Below, piece after piece: positions 1 through 13,000 of a stretch of DNA of 64,000 bases. This stretch comes from Daphnia carinata (lineage: Eukaryota), in assembly GCF_022539665.2 (NCBI RefSeq), contig NC_081331.1, forward strand, positions 11,718,001 through 11,782,000. The letters are read 5' to 3'. Each line of letters starts with the position of its first letter. Position 1 is the first letter of the stretch. Both the position numbers and the translations under genes were made by a program. The notes beneath the pieces are model-generated. The model saw only the letters and a list, made by a program, of their open reading frames with translations, was not told the DNA's origin and searched no databases.

Positions 1-68
1 ACTCTTTCCAGCCGGAGCAAACACTATGTGTGCGCATTATTATTACTCACCTTTTTTTTTTAATGTAC

Positions 69-96
69 TTTTTTTTTTTTGGGGGGGGGGGGGGGG
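69..96 (+). repeat. T12 followed directly by a G16 homopolymer
   Basis: Direct reading. Confidence 0.95.
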
Positions 97-444
97 TTTA
101 GTGTAGTCTCTTATACAACGGAATGGTTTGCAAAGACGGTGGATAAATAAATGAAGGACTATCTGTATGTACGTAGAGAAATATAAACGAGGTAGAATTT
201 CTGTTGGTGTGTTTGCCATTATCGGACGGTTTTGATAGCTTTTGGTCGTATCATAAAAGAAACATCATATGATGGTTTCTTCTTCTTTTATTTATATCCT
301 CATATGCCGGAATAAAAAAGTACATACATTATATAGAGCTGATGTAGAGTAGAGCAAGAAAAAAGCAATTGAGATCACTCCCCAGCGGGGCAACGCCCAA
401 CGACTCGTAATGATATCGAGGAGGGGATTCACTGCAAAAATAAC

Positions 445-460
445 GGGGGGGGGGGGGGGG
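445..460 (+). repeat. G16 homopolymer
   Basis: Direct reading. Confidence 0.95.
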
Positions 461-3400
461 TTCCAGCAGCGGCTGTCGCTGACGTAAATGGCTTTTTATG
501 ATTGACTAATTGCTTTCGCGCTAGCGGATAAACACAGACACTTGTGTGTATATAAAAATACGAGGCGTTGTGGTGGAGAACCTTCCCATCGATAATGAGA
601 TCTCATTAAAATAGTGAATGGAGGCGGCTTGACTGGCCTTCCGTTTTTTGAAGCAAAGTAGTCGACAGCTGTCCGCCTTTGCGTGTAACTTTGTTTTTTT
701 TATTCACGCGGCTGAAACGGTAGCTATTACTGGGACGTTTCCCGACGTGAAACTATCAGTTTGTCGTTGATGTTGGGCAAAACCGCTCCTTGATTTATTT
801 TCTACGCAGCCAAAAAAATGATTTTTGGATTTTGTTGTTCGATATTTCTTGGCCATATTTTTCCAAGATTCAAGTTTGTCTGTTTGTACAAAATGTTTGT
901 GTATATACCCCCATCGTTTTCTTTTTCTTGGACAAACAATCAAAAACTCGGGGAAGTATGGAGGGTAAGCAAACACGAAAAGAATTTATCGATAAGAAAA
1001 GACAAATGTTTTCGTTACCCATCAAAATGTTTGTTATGACGTTGTCTCGACGGATGAATATTTATGTGATCGCCTTTCCATCAATGGCAATTATTTTTCG
1101 CCAAAACGTACACAGACGAAAAAAAAATGTTTTGTTTGTTGATAGGCTTTTTTAATATTTGGTCTATGAAATTGATTTTGTCTGCGAGGGTGGCCGAATC
1201 CCCATCAGTTGCTCCTTAGTATTTGTGTATAGTCACAAGCATCCCTAAAAAAACTGCGTGTAGTTTGTAAATGTTTTAGACTCCCGAGTTGTCTGCAAAG
1301 AGGTCAAGAGGTGAGTTCTCATCAAAAGGCAGACAACAACAAAAAGGAAGGAAGATGTATAGACTTAGTGCTTTAAAGTTTTATATCACGTAGACTTTGT
1401 GCGCTGTATAACCTCTGGCAGCACCACCTTCACCTGCCATTTGAAGTTTATAAAGCCGAGGGAAAAAAAAGACGATGGGAAAGCCAACTGGTCGCCTGGG
1501 TCAATCGCTGGTATATTATTGTATATACGTACTACTTCATACGTATACCACATCATAAGGCCTATCTCTTACTTGACGGTTGTATCATTGAAAACTCGTG
1601 AGTTGCACTCGCCATATACTACAAACTTCTCTTGTCCTATATTATACGTCCCTGTGAGGGGACTTATACAAGAGGCTCTCTAAAGTATCCTCCCCTTTAA
1701 AAAAAAATAAAAATAAACTCTGGTACAATCCGGCGGAATGTATACATAGCATGTCCTCCAATGATGTCAAGAAGGAATGTAATATATCTTTTGGTGGTTT
1801 GCCTCTATACAATTTATATATACGTACGCCGTTTGTCTTTCCAATAGCTCTTCACTGGATGGTTTCTGTTGTCTCCTGTGCATTTTTAAACCATTTAAAA
1901 CTTTTTCTCTCTTTCTCGCTTGTGTATATACGCTATGCTTAGTATATACACTATACGTTTGGTTTTGTGTCAATGCCGCACGTCATGGAGGGTCCTTTAC
2001 AAGGGAAGCTGGCTGACCGAGACTAATAACAATGACCATAAAACACAAAAGCTAAACTTAAAAAAAAAAGGCTCACGGTTATTTTGACTGGTTTTGAATC
2101 ATCAGCGGCAATAAAAGTTGCATTCGTTTTGGATTGTTCTCAATGAACGTAAGAAAATTGAACGATTTTTTATCTCAATTTTCAAGTGGTCTCTCACGTG
2201 ACCGCGTTTGCTAGTTGGAAGATTATCGGATAAAATGAGGCACACAAATAATGACATCACGCGAGGCAACTGATTATATGTCTAACTTGCATGTCGAAAG
2301 AACAATATCCACAAAACAACAACAGTATTGTTCGCCTCTACTCCAACAAGAACAACACGATAATAACGTGTGATTTACGACTGCATTTTTAAAGCAATTC
2401 TTTTTCGCAGATTCTTCCATTTGTTTTCCCACTTTAGAAAGTCTGAACTTCAAACCATCCAAAACTGTGTGCATTTTTCCGAGTATTTATCAGTTTAGAT
2501 GAATTTCAAAGACTTTGTTTGTGTAAAGAGGTGAAAATCGCTAAGAGGAATTTCCTTGATAGCAATCGCCGGAAATTGTTCCAGTAGTTTGTTTCACGTT
2601 AGGTGAGAAAACATGGTCGGATGAAGAAAAAAAACGACGCATTTAAGTAATGACAAGGCAATTCTTCCTTGTGAATGACGCATCAAACCCCTATGGCAGC
2701 CATTTTACTCGCCATGCAGGACCCAGCTTTTTTTTTTCTAAACCAATTGGATGGCATTTGGTCTCACCTGTCGTGTGTTTACAAGTGTGACTCAACGAGA
2801 AACCATCAGGGTCGTTATAGTTGGACAGTTTCTTCGTATAAAAATGGTGCGTTTCCTTTTTCCTGGCCGCAAATCGGTTTCTTATTTTATAAATAACAAT
2901 TGCCCAGTCGTCCTTGTTTTCCATACGTCATTGCCTTTTTGTGCTTTCTCGTGTTCTTGTTTTTTTATGGCTTCACTTAATTGAAGGACATTTTGTCATG
3001 TATCTCAAACTTATTGATGCATCTATAATGAGACATTTTTTGTGTATTTGATCACAAATAACTTAAAAAAAAAAAAAAAAAAGGTCAACAGCCTCCGGAG
3101 TAAGTTGTATTCCATTCGATCCCCTTCCAAGTTTCAACAGAAGTTTAGTTGAAAATCCTCCTTTTTCTTGCTCTCCTAAAAAAAAAATCCTTGCTGTCCC
3201 AGATTTCAGGATACAATGGCCGCCGATAGAATCAAACCGACATGGGATTTGGCCGTCTAAAATTCACGCATTTGAGATGATGCGATTACGTAGTGACGTA
3301 CGGGATAAAAGCGCAGGTTGCTGCGGGATATTGTCAATTGATGTCCAGAGCTTTGGCGCAATCCCGACCGCAGTTCTTTTCACACACAAAAAAAAAGTAC

Positions 3401-6400
3401 GACAGCAGCTGGACAGATGAAAAGTATTAAATTTTTTTTTTTTTTCCTCCTCAACTCTAAAATATCAGAGGGAAAAAAATGAGAGTCGACCAGGCGTAGA
3501 TACTTGCACAAGTTTGGCAGAATCCGCTTCCCCAGAAAGTTTATGCGGGACTAACCATACGTACCGTGGGGGATTTTCATCCGGCTGATGCCATATAGAC
3601 GAATTTCATGAGTGTGTGGTTTCGCGCTTGGTTGCTGGCACGCCGCAAAGTCCGAATGAAACACGTGCCATCGGGTGAGGTTTGTCAAGTGTGAAAAGGA
3701 CGGGCTGCGATGATCCCGACAGTTTGATCAAGTCCGGACACAAGGACACCCTCACGCGGGCGTCAACGATGACCGCAACTCGGACGAATGTGACACGTCG
3801 ATTTTCGTTCGGCACAGCAGTCGGGAAGGTAACGCCCGAAGCTATTCTCATCATCAATCTGTTCTGTCGGATATAGTCCACCCTCCTATGTCGTAGTAAA
3901 ACCATTCTATTTTTTTTTTCCCTTTTTCTTTTTTAAAGAATTCTCATCAGTTTCTTCGTATAAAAATCGGGCATGTTATACGGTGGCTGAGATTTTACAG
4001 CAAGACTTTCAGGATAGCCCTATTGGAATAATTCCTGTCGCTTTTTTTAGTGCTTATAGACCCAGACAGCGAAGGGATTATATGCGTGGGGGTAAGAGCT
4101 GGCCTGAAGGCGGGCAAGGGTCACGGAGGATGTGTACATGCACATCGTGTGCTTGGCAGATTGGATGTATACATCTAACGTTTTTGCTTTAAGTTTGACT
4201 TGCTTTCTTCTTTTGCCTGAAGACTCGGAAGGATATTTCCAACGCACTGTGCTTATAGGTGGGAAAAGAAACATGGAAATAGATAAGAACTTTGGCCCGG
4301 TTTGAGCTCTAAAGTTGATGGCGTCGTGCGGAAATAAAGATTGAGGTTTATAGTTGTAAACCAGGTTTGCGTGATCTTTTTTTTCCTTTGCGTTCACAGT
4401 TATCCTCATTAGAAGCGCAAAACATACACAAGAAATTCAAATGACACATTTTCTCTTGGTGCCTCTGTTTTCTCGCCGCTGGACCGCAACGTTTCGATGG
4501 AGACAAACGTAAACAGTAGTCGTCATCCAATCGTGGCGAACTCTAACCTCTAACGAAATAAGAGCGTGAGACCTACAGAGAAAACAAGAAAACGGGAAAA
4601 AGAAAATCCAATCATCACCTTGCTAATCAGCGGCGCAGTGGTGAGTACAGGTGTAGAACAATACTGACACACACAATACGTCAATACAAACAGAAGGATA
4701 AAAACAACCATTGCATGGGAACGGTAATGCGCCTGAGAATGCAGAAACAATAAAATCGAGTTCTAGTTTGACGACATCGTTGTTCATTTTTACGGTTAAA
4801 AAAAAAAACAAGTATGTCGAACAGAGACACAAATGTCTTTGTCTAACGCTCTTTTTTTCTTACATGTTTTCTAGCAACGATTCAATATTTTTAAGGAGGA
4901 AGACAGATGTGATTGACTAGTTTTAATGAACTATTACAAAAAAAAAAGAGAGAAGAAGTTCCAGACGTAAGTCACATCGCATCTCTTAAAGTCTTTGTCA
5001 GAAATTAAATTAGTGGAACAAATCCGCTCCCGTGTTTCTGGAAGCTCCGCCAGTTGGTAAACCAGCGTCATGGCGTCATACTGTTAAAACAACATTTCAG
5101 GTCGGCGAGCAGACAGCCAAGGAAATTAGAATTTCTTCCTTTTTTTATTATTATTGTCTCACTCTTGTGTTTGTGGTAAGCTTCGTGTAGGCTTGTATTT
5201 CACGTTCATTTTCCTTCCTCTTTCGTGTTTTGTTCAGCAAGCAGCGACATCGGCTGCATGAATGCAAAGATCCTATTTTCGTTGAGGAGATTGAAAAAAA
5301 GAGGCAAGTCAATTTTTTAATCTGGAAAAAAAAAGGAAGAAGAGGCTTATATAAATATTACAAGACACAGCTACTACAACCTCGAACGAAAGGGGAGAGA
5401 CGCTCATCAGTTATTTAAAAGACCTCTGTGATCTACTGCTGTCTCCTTGAATATTTGATTACCCATTTCCGGTTGCTGCTTTCCGTCGAGTGTTCAACAG
5501 CCCAAGCTCAGAAAAACAAATCTCTGTTTCTTTTTTATTTTCTTGGAATGCAAGAATGAAGCAAGACACACACTTGAACTTCTTCGTTTTTTTCCTAGAC
5601 TGCAGGATTGAGACTTCTGGGTCGAATCATTGACGAACGACGACAACAAACAGATGAATAAATAAATCAGCAAGTCGCCTTTTCTCGGGAAATGAACGCA
5701 TGATGAAGGCAGATGATGAACGGCAAGAGGGTCTAGCTTCACGTTGCCCCAAAACTAACAATAACGAATTTCTCAAACTCTTAGCTCGGCTGGCCTTTTA
5801 ACTTTTCATCTCAACTCGGGTCTTTCCATCAACTAAACGAGAAAACTTCTTTTTCCTACCTCAAACTTGTATATCCAAAAGAGGAAATAAACTTTTTTTT
5901 TTAAAGAGAACTCTTTAGGATTCACATCCTTTTTTTTTGTAACACTATATTCATTAAGTTTTTATTCTTTTGACTGTACTCCCGTAGTCGAAATGTACCA
6001 CCCACTCGCTGACGTCCCAGTGAGAGAAAACGAAAGTGCGCTGAATGTTATTGGCAATTGCCAGCCGATCGTATGCGACATATGCGTAACTTTATGTTTA
6101 AAGCGAATATACGATCATATTTTCTTTATGATGGATGGGAAGAATAGTTGGAAACTTTTACGTTGATGGTCACTGGACTTTAGCGGTCCCCTGTATGACA
6201 ACAGAGTTTATGCGTCTACACAAGATGGATCGGATGCAAACGGATTTTTATTATAAGTTGAAGAGAGGAAGAGAGAAAAAAAAAAGAATATGATGCCATT
6301 CTCTGGCCCTTTTTTTTTTATATACAATAGATCTATTGCCTCCACCACCGCAGCGCTATATACCACACACGAGGTCCACCTTAATATTCAAGCCGTTTTC

Positions 6401-6500
6401 ATCTTGTTGAATATTTGCTCAGCTAAAACAGCTCAAAGCTTATTGATCGCCGAAGCAGCTCCCGGGCTCTCTTTTCTGCCTGGATACATGAGCGTTACGG

Positions 6501-6520
6501 TATATATATATATATATATA
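6501..6520. repeat. (TA)10 microsatellite
   Basis: Direct reading. Confidence 0.95.
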
Positions 6521-8684
6521 CTGTATATTGTGTGTGTGCATATACAGTACATCTAGGTACAAGCGGGATAAAGCGGGCCAGTCCCTTCTACTCCTGATGT
6601 ATTACACACACACACACACACTAGCGTGTCTGTGAAATGATCCTTTCAAATCGAATTCAGTCCAGCGGCGGTGGTAGATGCGTGTATAATTTTTGTGCAC
6701 ATACGATCGATTGAACAACTATAGCTCTTCAAAGAAGAATATTTTCACACGAAATTGCGGCAGCGTTGACAAGTTCAAGATTTTCTTTTTAAAATTTCCA
6801 GCGTGAAATCCTGCTCAGAGTACGTAGGCGGTATATAAACTGACACATATCCTTCAGGGGTTACGGATCGCTGAAAATGTTAGCCGCCCAATCACAAAAC
6901 GTGAGACGACAGCCCAGAATTTGTAGGGGACATTTTTTTTTTTTTTTTTCGATCAGGTTTTTTTTCTGGTTAAAATAATACATCTGCCTACTTATGCATT
7001 CCACGTGCAGGTTGAGTTGCGTATTGGAAACATGAATTTGTCCTTCGGTGTACTGTTTTGGCAGTGGGCGTTTGTTAATAAACAAAAAAAATGTCTCTTG
7101 GTGTCAGTTTCAATGACAATGTGATCGCGTTCACATGTAAGCTGATTGTTACGCCCTTCTTATATCGTCAAGCGGAATAAGACATTTGCCAATAACTATT
7201 TACTTTTTACCTCTGACTCTCTGAAAAACTAACCTGGAATGAACAAAAAGGGAAGCTGATGGACACGTTAGCTTTTCGCCATCATTTGGCAGTGTTTTGG
7301 CTAACATTCGGTTGGCTTCGTGTTCCATTCCGGCCACCTATAACAGCACGGCGTTAACCCTTAAAAACAGTAGGAGGACAGAGATGGCTTCAAAAGTCGC
7401 ATTTTTTGCGGGCTATGGAACGCAAAGATGATTTGTTTGTCACGTGGTCGAGTGCCATCTCCTACTTCGGTCTTAAGCCCAACATAGGTTTCGTTTTTTT
7501 TTTCAAAAAAAATTGAAGGGCGTGTAGAAAAAGAGACGACGGAGGGAAAAGAAAAGATCCGACATGACAAACGGGATAGAAGAGAGAACGAAGCGAAACA
7601 GAAAATCCGCAGTTCAACATATGAAAAAGGACCTCAAAGAATTTTGTGTGTATACCACAAACATTTACCGGAGATGACGATGGAAAAAAAAAAAAGAATT
7701 GGAATTTTTTATTTTCTGGGTGTGACTCTTATTTTCCACTGTAAGACTTAGATAATATCCATCTAACTATACGTTTCCGATTCCCAGGATTATTTTATAT
7801 TCGGTTGGCGGTCGTCAATTTTATTATTTGGAGCTTTTCTTTTTCTGATTAGATTTTGGAATCAGTGGATAGTCCATATACTATACATTAGGGTATTAAG
7901 GACAAACAGGCGAGATAAACAAAATGTTCCTTATACGTATAACATCCTAGTACGTGTACACATGTACACATAGTCAGACTGTATAAACAGAGCGGCATTA
8001 TAAAAATTCTCCATCATCTGCCAAGATCATCTTATAGCTTTACAGCTGTGCTTGATTGATTGACGTTTTCATCGACTTCTTCGTCAAGTACGTAGCCGAG
8101 TCAAAAGGCAAACGGCAATGCCAGTCGAAAACGAGTCGCACGGCTTTGCTCTGGCCGTTGCAACGATATTAGTTTTCTGCTCTTCAAGAAAAAAAAACCG
8201 GAGCTGTTTGCTTAAGAGATGGGATTGATTACCCCGCTCGAGGCATGGTCGACAGAAGATGGCATATGAAAAACGAAAGAAAATTGAGCTCGAAAAATAA
8301 GAGGATAGACAGCATTCGAAATAAGCTTTCATATTGAACTGTTGATGACGATATTTGTCGTAACTTATAAAAAATAAAAAGCTTCCACCAGTTGGCCAGC
8401 AGTAAATAGAAATTGACTTGACATTTGGTCGAAACGAAGCCGATTGTTTAGTAGCGTCTTATTTTTTTTTCCCGTTCCAAATTTGGCATCTGCCAAAAGG
8501 ATTTATAAAAGAAGGAGTCGTTCAATTATTGCCCTCGTTTTTTTTTCGCGTGTCTCTCATTTCGATTGGATATTGCACAATTCATTCTTGGCTTCAAATC
8601 AAAGGCAATGGTTCAATTGAAATTCTCTTTCTCCCCATTTGACTCGCTCGCTCGCCTTTCCCCCTTCTTTCTGTTTCATGCGGT

Positions 8685-8984
8685 TGTCCTAGAAGGAGCA
8701 ACCCCCACCACTGACTATGTTTTCTTCTTCCCGCTTTCAAGTCTGAATGTCTGAATCCCTTCGTTGCTCATTTTATCTGCCCTTTTATTCTTGGCCACGT
8801 ATTTCTTTTTTCTCTCGTTCTTTTTACACACAGCTATAAAGCTCGTTTATTTCGGGACCAGCCCATCCGTCTTGATTATCTACTCCTTAGCCTTCCCTCG
8901 ACTCGTATACTGTTCCTTATTTCTTTTTATCTTGTTGAATGAGCTTTGGCTTCCTCGACTTCGTTCAGTCCCGAAGTTAAGACA
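8685..8984 (+). mobile_element. Possible degenerate LTR-like segment
   Basis: 300 bp with TG...CA termini and a short imperfect terminal inverted repeat (TGTCCTAG...TTAAGACA). It contains CTATAAAG at ~8835 and an internal inverted repeat TTCGGGAC/GTCCCGAA, and ends ~100 bp before the decayed ORF. No primer-binding site, target-site duplication or second copy was seen. Confidence 0.25.
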
Positions 8985-9080
8985 AAAAAAAAAAAAGAAA
9001 CGAGAAGAAAAGCAGCAAAAACATAGACACACATCCTATCGACTTTTAATCGTTTTCTTGTCCGTTCCTCTCACACGTAA

Positions 9081-10050
9081 TACCTACCATTTACTACTAC
9101 AACTACTACTCGTCTATATACCCCACTCACGCGTTCGGGAGACACAACGCCAGTCCGCGAGTACATACCGCCTCTATCTAATATTTGCGATGACGAAAGG
9201 CTCACCGCACGAGAACAACTTGAGTTTTCTAAGAAGACAAGCTTTTTTTTTCTTTTTGAGATCATGACAAGGGAACTCAATGCGGCCAGAATACGCATAG
9301 AACTGGCCATCATGTCTGAAAATGATATGAAAATAACTAGGGGGGAAATACCGGAACATCAATTCGCTTGGTTGAATGCGGACCTCTGGAAACTCGTCAT
9401 CTCTGGGACTACTCAAATGAGAGTCGGAAGCTGCTTGAGGATTGAAGCGCATAGCCGGATAGACAGATTGATTGAGGAGAAACACAGCGGGGGAAGGGAT
9501 ATATAAGCAAATATAATGATGAGGAAGAGAAGGAGGTAGGCGGAATTAATTTACGGATAGCCGAGATGAGAGCCAATTTTGAAAAGGAGGCGGCAGCCGA
9601 TTGTTTCTTTTTTGTGTCGAAGAAAAGAAATTGGGTGAAAGAACATACGCACGTCTCCCCCTCTCTTTTTTTTTTGAAGTGAAAATGCTGAAGAAAATGA
9701 AATGAAACCACGAGAATGCAAGGGTGGAAAGAAGAAAAAAAAGAGTGACGTCCAAAATGAAACTGGCGGACTGATCTCATATCCTTGAAAGAGCTCACAC
9801 AGACGAGTTTCAGAAAGAAAGAAGAGCAATCTCGTGAAAAACTTGCAAAAATGAAAGGGGTGACATCGAGAAGATGAGAGAGAACGGAATGTCATCAAGC
9901 TAGCAGAGTGCTCTAGTTTTCTAAAAAAATAAGCTCAAAAAAGTTGGGGGACCAAGTTAAAAAAGACCGACGGTTGATAGAAGAAAAATCGCTGATTGGC
10001 AAGAGGAGGGCAACTTCAAGCGCTTTGTGATAAATGGGATCAATTGAGGA
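9081..10050 (+). pseudogene. Decayed coding sequence, charged and coiled-coil-like, possibly retrotransposon ORF1/gag-derived
   Basis: Open frame 9081-9506 (...RSGDTTPVREYIPPLSNICDDERLTAREQLEF...MTRELNAARIRIELAIMSENDMK...IDRLIEEK). After a shift near the G run at ~9490 it continues as KYNDEEEKEVGGINLRIAEMRANFEKEAAAD, then as fragments ILERAHTDEFQKE, KKEEQSREKLAKMKG and DIEKMRE in shifting frames. The + strand is strongly purine-rich. No family is recognised. Confidence 0.45.
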
Positions 10051-13000
10051 ACTGATTATTATTAATTCAAAGGAAATAAAAAAGAAAATGGGGGGGGGGG
10101 TTGTAGACGTACCATGTAATTGGCATTTTCCAGTTGGAAATGACTGCAATCTTTTCTGCTTTGTCGTAACTGAATTGAACGATGTTTCCCACCCACCTTT
10201 TAAATAATCTTGGATCTTTCTTATTCCCCCCTCCCCTCCTCTCCAAAAAAGGGCGTGGTCCGCTGTAGCAAAAACTTGGGATTTTCTAAAGGTATCAAGT
10301 TAGTTTCTTCGATAATGACCGTATTTACCCCCCTCCCCCCCCCCTCTGAATTCGTAAGTTCTCCACCAACTATTTTTCTCATCTCACTTAATCGCCATTG
10401 GAGAGAAAAAAAAGTTGGCCAACGGGCCGGAAAACGCTCTTCTCCGGATTTCGATGCGCAGAGTTGGCTACGAAAACATAAAAATCACCAACTCCCTAAG
10501 AACAACCTTTAGCCCTTAACAAACGCGCTCATCAGTCTTCCGTCAACTTACAGCCGATACTTTGATATATACATTCGTACACGCAAAAACTCCCAACAGG
10601 CCTCCAACTTTCACTAGCAGCTCGTTATGTAATATTGACTTTAAAAAAATTCTATTTTTGTTTCCTTGGCTGTTTCTTTCTTCAGACGTCTTGTTTCCTA
10701 GCTTCTACGAAAGCCCATTGGGGCCGTTGCTTTTTGACAAAAGACACAACTACGTCGCGTCCCTTAGCGATAAAGATACAACAATCCAGATGAACCAGGA
10801 AAACACAACAACCAGCCAGCAAGAAACCAGCCGAAAATCCAATGGAGACTTTTTTTTTTTCTAGCACTTCGTTGCTTATGCTCTCTTCATCCTCTCGTTA
10901 CGTGGAAGGGGGGAAGAAAAAAAAAAATCCTGAAAATCCCAGCAAGAGCCAGCGGGAAAAAAAAAGCCCGTTAGACGATCTTGCCATTGCGCATATTAAT
11001 CACGATGGCAAACGCGATGTTGATGGTGAAGTAATTAAGAGTTGCGCGTGTGAGGATGAGATTTGATGCCCTTCGGAGATGGGCACTGAACCGAAATCAA
11101 GAAAAAAAAAAGTTAAAGGGAATTGCCAGTCGAGAAAGAAAAACAAAGGTGCACAACTTGCCAAAAAATAAAAGGAAGGATATCGCCGGATGGCCCCGCC
11201 GTTCAGCGGCAAATTGAGAAGCGTCTTGTCAGCAAAACTTTATATGGAACATTTGCTTTCCGAAAACTTTATTGACAGCCTGTCTCGTGTTGTTCACCGT
11301 GGAAACAAAAGAAAGTCGACATGTTTCGTGGAATCGGAAGAAATAACATCGGATACGGGGCACCCTTTTCCGCAAATCGTGGCCGTGATGGCTGATGTTG
11401 GAAAAGAAATGGACGTCCGCAAATGTCAGACAAAATGCAGAAGAACATCGGACTTGTCAGAAACAACCGACTTTCATTTCTTTGAGGAAATACACATTTC
11501 AGCCCGACTCTGCGTTTATTTTAAACATTTTTCAAGCGAATCTTTCCGGCTGAAAGAAATCCGTAAATACATTTTATCTGTTTTGCCGAAATATAAAGAA
11601 TTCAAGATCGTACGTGTATACGTAATCCATACGAGTTAATGAGCTGACGGGCCGAAGCTATACGCAAAGATAATGTGTACACGGAACGAGACGGTCATTT
11701 TTGTCCAACAAGATCGACCGTGTACCAATCCTCCTCGTCCTTTTTTTTTGGTAGGGTTCATTGGTGATGTAAAGGATGTTGACAGCTGCAGCCCGAGAAT
11801 CCCGAACGTTAGCTCTATCCTTTTTGCGTGCGTGTTCCGCTTGCCAATGGGTCGTCTTTTCTCATTACTCGGGTCTTCGACACTTTCCATCTTCCCCTCT
11901 CTTTTTTTTATTATTTGCCCGTCTCTAGCGTCTACCCCCTTTTTACGTGTGCCCATCTTTTCATCCCCCGTCGATTGCGGTTTAACCCAAAACGGGGCGT
12001 CATCTGCTCTCGAATGCTTCATTACAACACGTCTGAGCCGCTCTTCGATTCGTCCATCAAAACATTCAATGCTTTCCATCTGCTTTATGGACGTCGGCTG
12101 CTCTCGATGGGTCATTTGATTTTTTTAAACTAATCACATATCTTTTATTCGACATTTGTTTACCCTCCTACTGGTTAGTATCCTCTCAAGAGCCATTAAG
12201 GTGACGTGAATGAAGAACCTTCTCAGCAGAGGTAAAGTTTCCTAAACGATTGGGCTTTCATCGACGACTTCCGTTAACAGGATTGACTTGGACGCCAACG
12301 TATTGGAAGATGATGAGCAAAGCATGTGGAAATGAAAGTTGACGGTCATTAGTGGGTGTGTGTGCTATGACTTTCCGACTGAAGAAAGTCCCAATGACGT
12401 AAAGCTCAATAAGAAATCTATTTCAAAAAAAGACGAGTGGACTTTCGTATCAAATGTCTTGACTGTCGTTTCAGAGGATTCCACGTCGTCGAAGCACGTG
12501 ACGGGTTTCTTTTGTTTTTTACGTTCGCCAACTCAGGCCCTAGAAATCCCTGAATAAACGCCTCTGACTTTGGTGTCGTTTTTTGTTTCATTTTGCTGAT
12601 GGCATCGGAAAAAAAAGCCGATGATGACATGCTCATAGCTTTCAGGTTGATTATAACGCAGTTGATTTCTAAGCTTCTTTTCGACAGTAGTAAAGTACAT
12701 CGTCCGTATAACTGAATCTATCAGGTGTTGTGTGTCTTGTGATCTACACCTACGCCGATGATGAGCTTTTAAGAGCCAGACGACTGAAGCAAAGAGATTG
12801 ATTCCACTGAAGGATGAAAAAAAAAAGGAAGTTGAGTAGACGATTTCTACGGAAAGCCAAAGAACATAAAAAGCCTGCAGACCGAACTTTATCAAAGCCG
12901 GATTGGCATACTGCTTGGGGAGAGTAGGAGGGAGCCGGTCTAGTGGTATGTTATACAGTACCAAGTTATGTCGCCTAGTGAGGCTGTTCTTGATTAGAAG

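Noticed and set aside
8..21. CCAGCCGGAGCAAA recurring at ~27652
   Set aside because: A few exact 14-mer matches are expected by chance in a window this size, and the flanks are unrelated.
987..994. DRE motif TATCGATA (also at 16276-16283)
   Set aside because: An 8-mer at about chance frequency, with no supported gene nearby.
3600..3905. GC-richer, homopolymer-free stretch with ORFs on both strands
   Set aside because: None of the frames I examined gives a recognisable peptide, and the splice signals are inconsistent.
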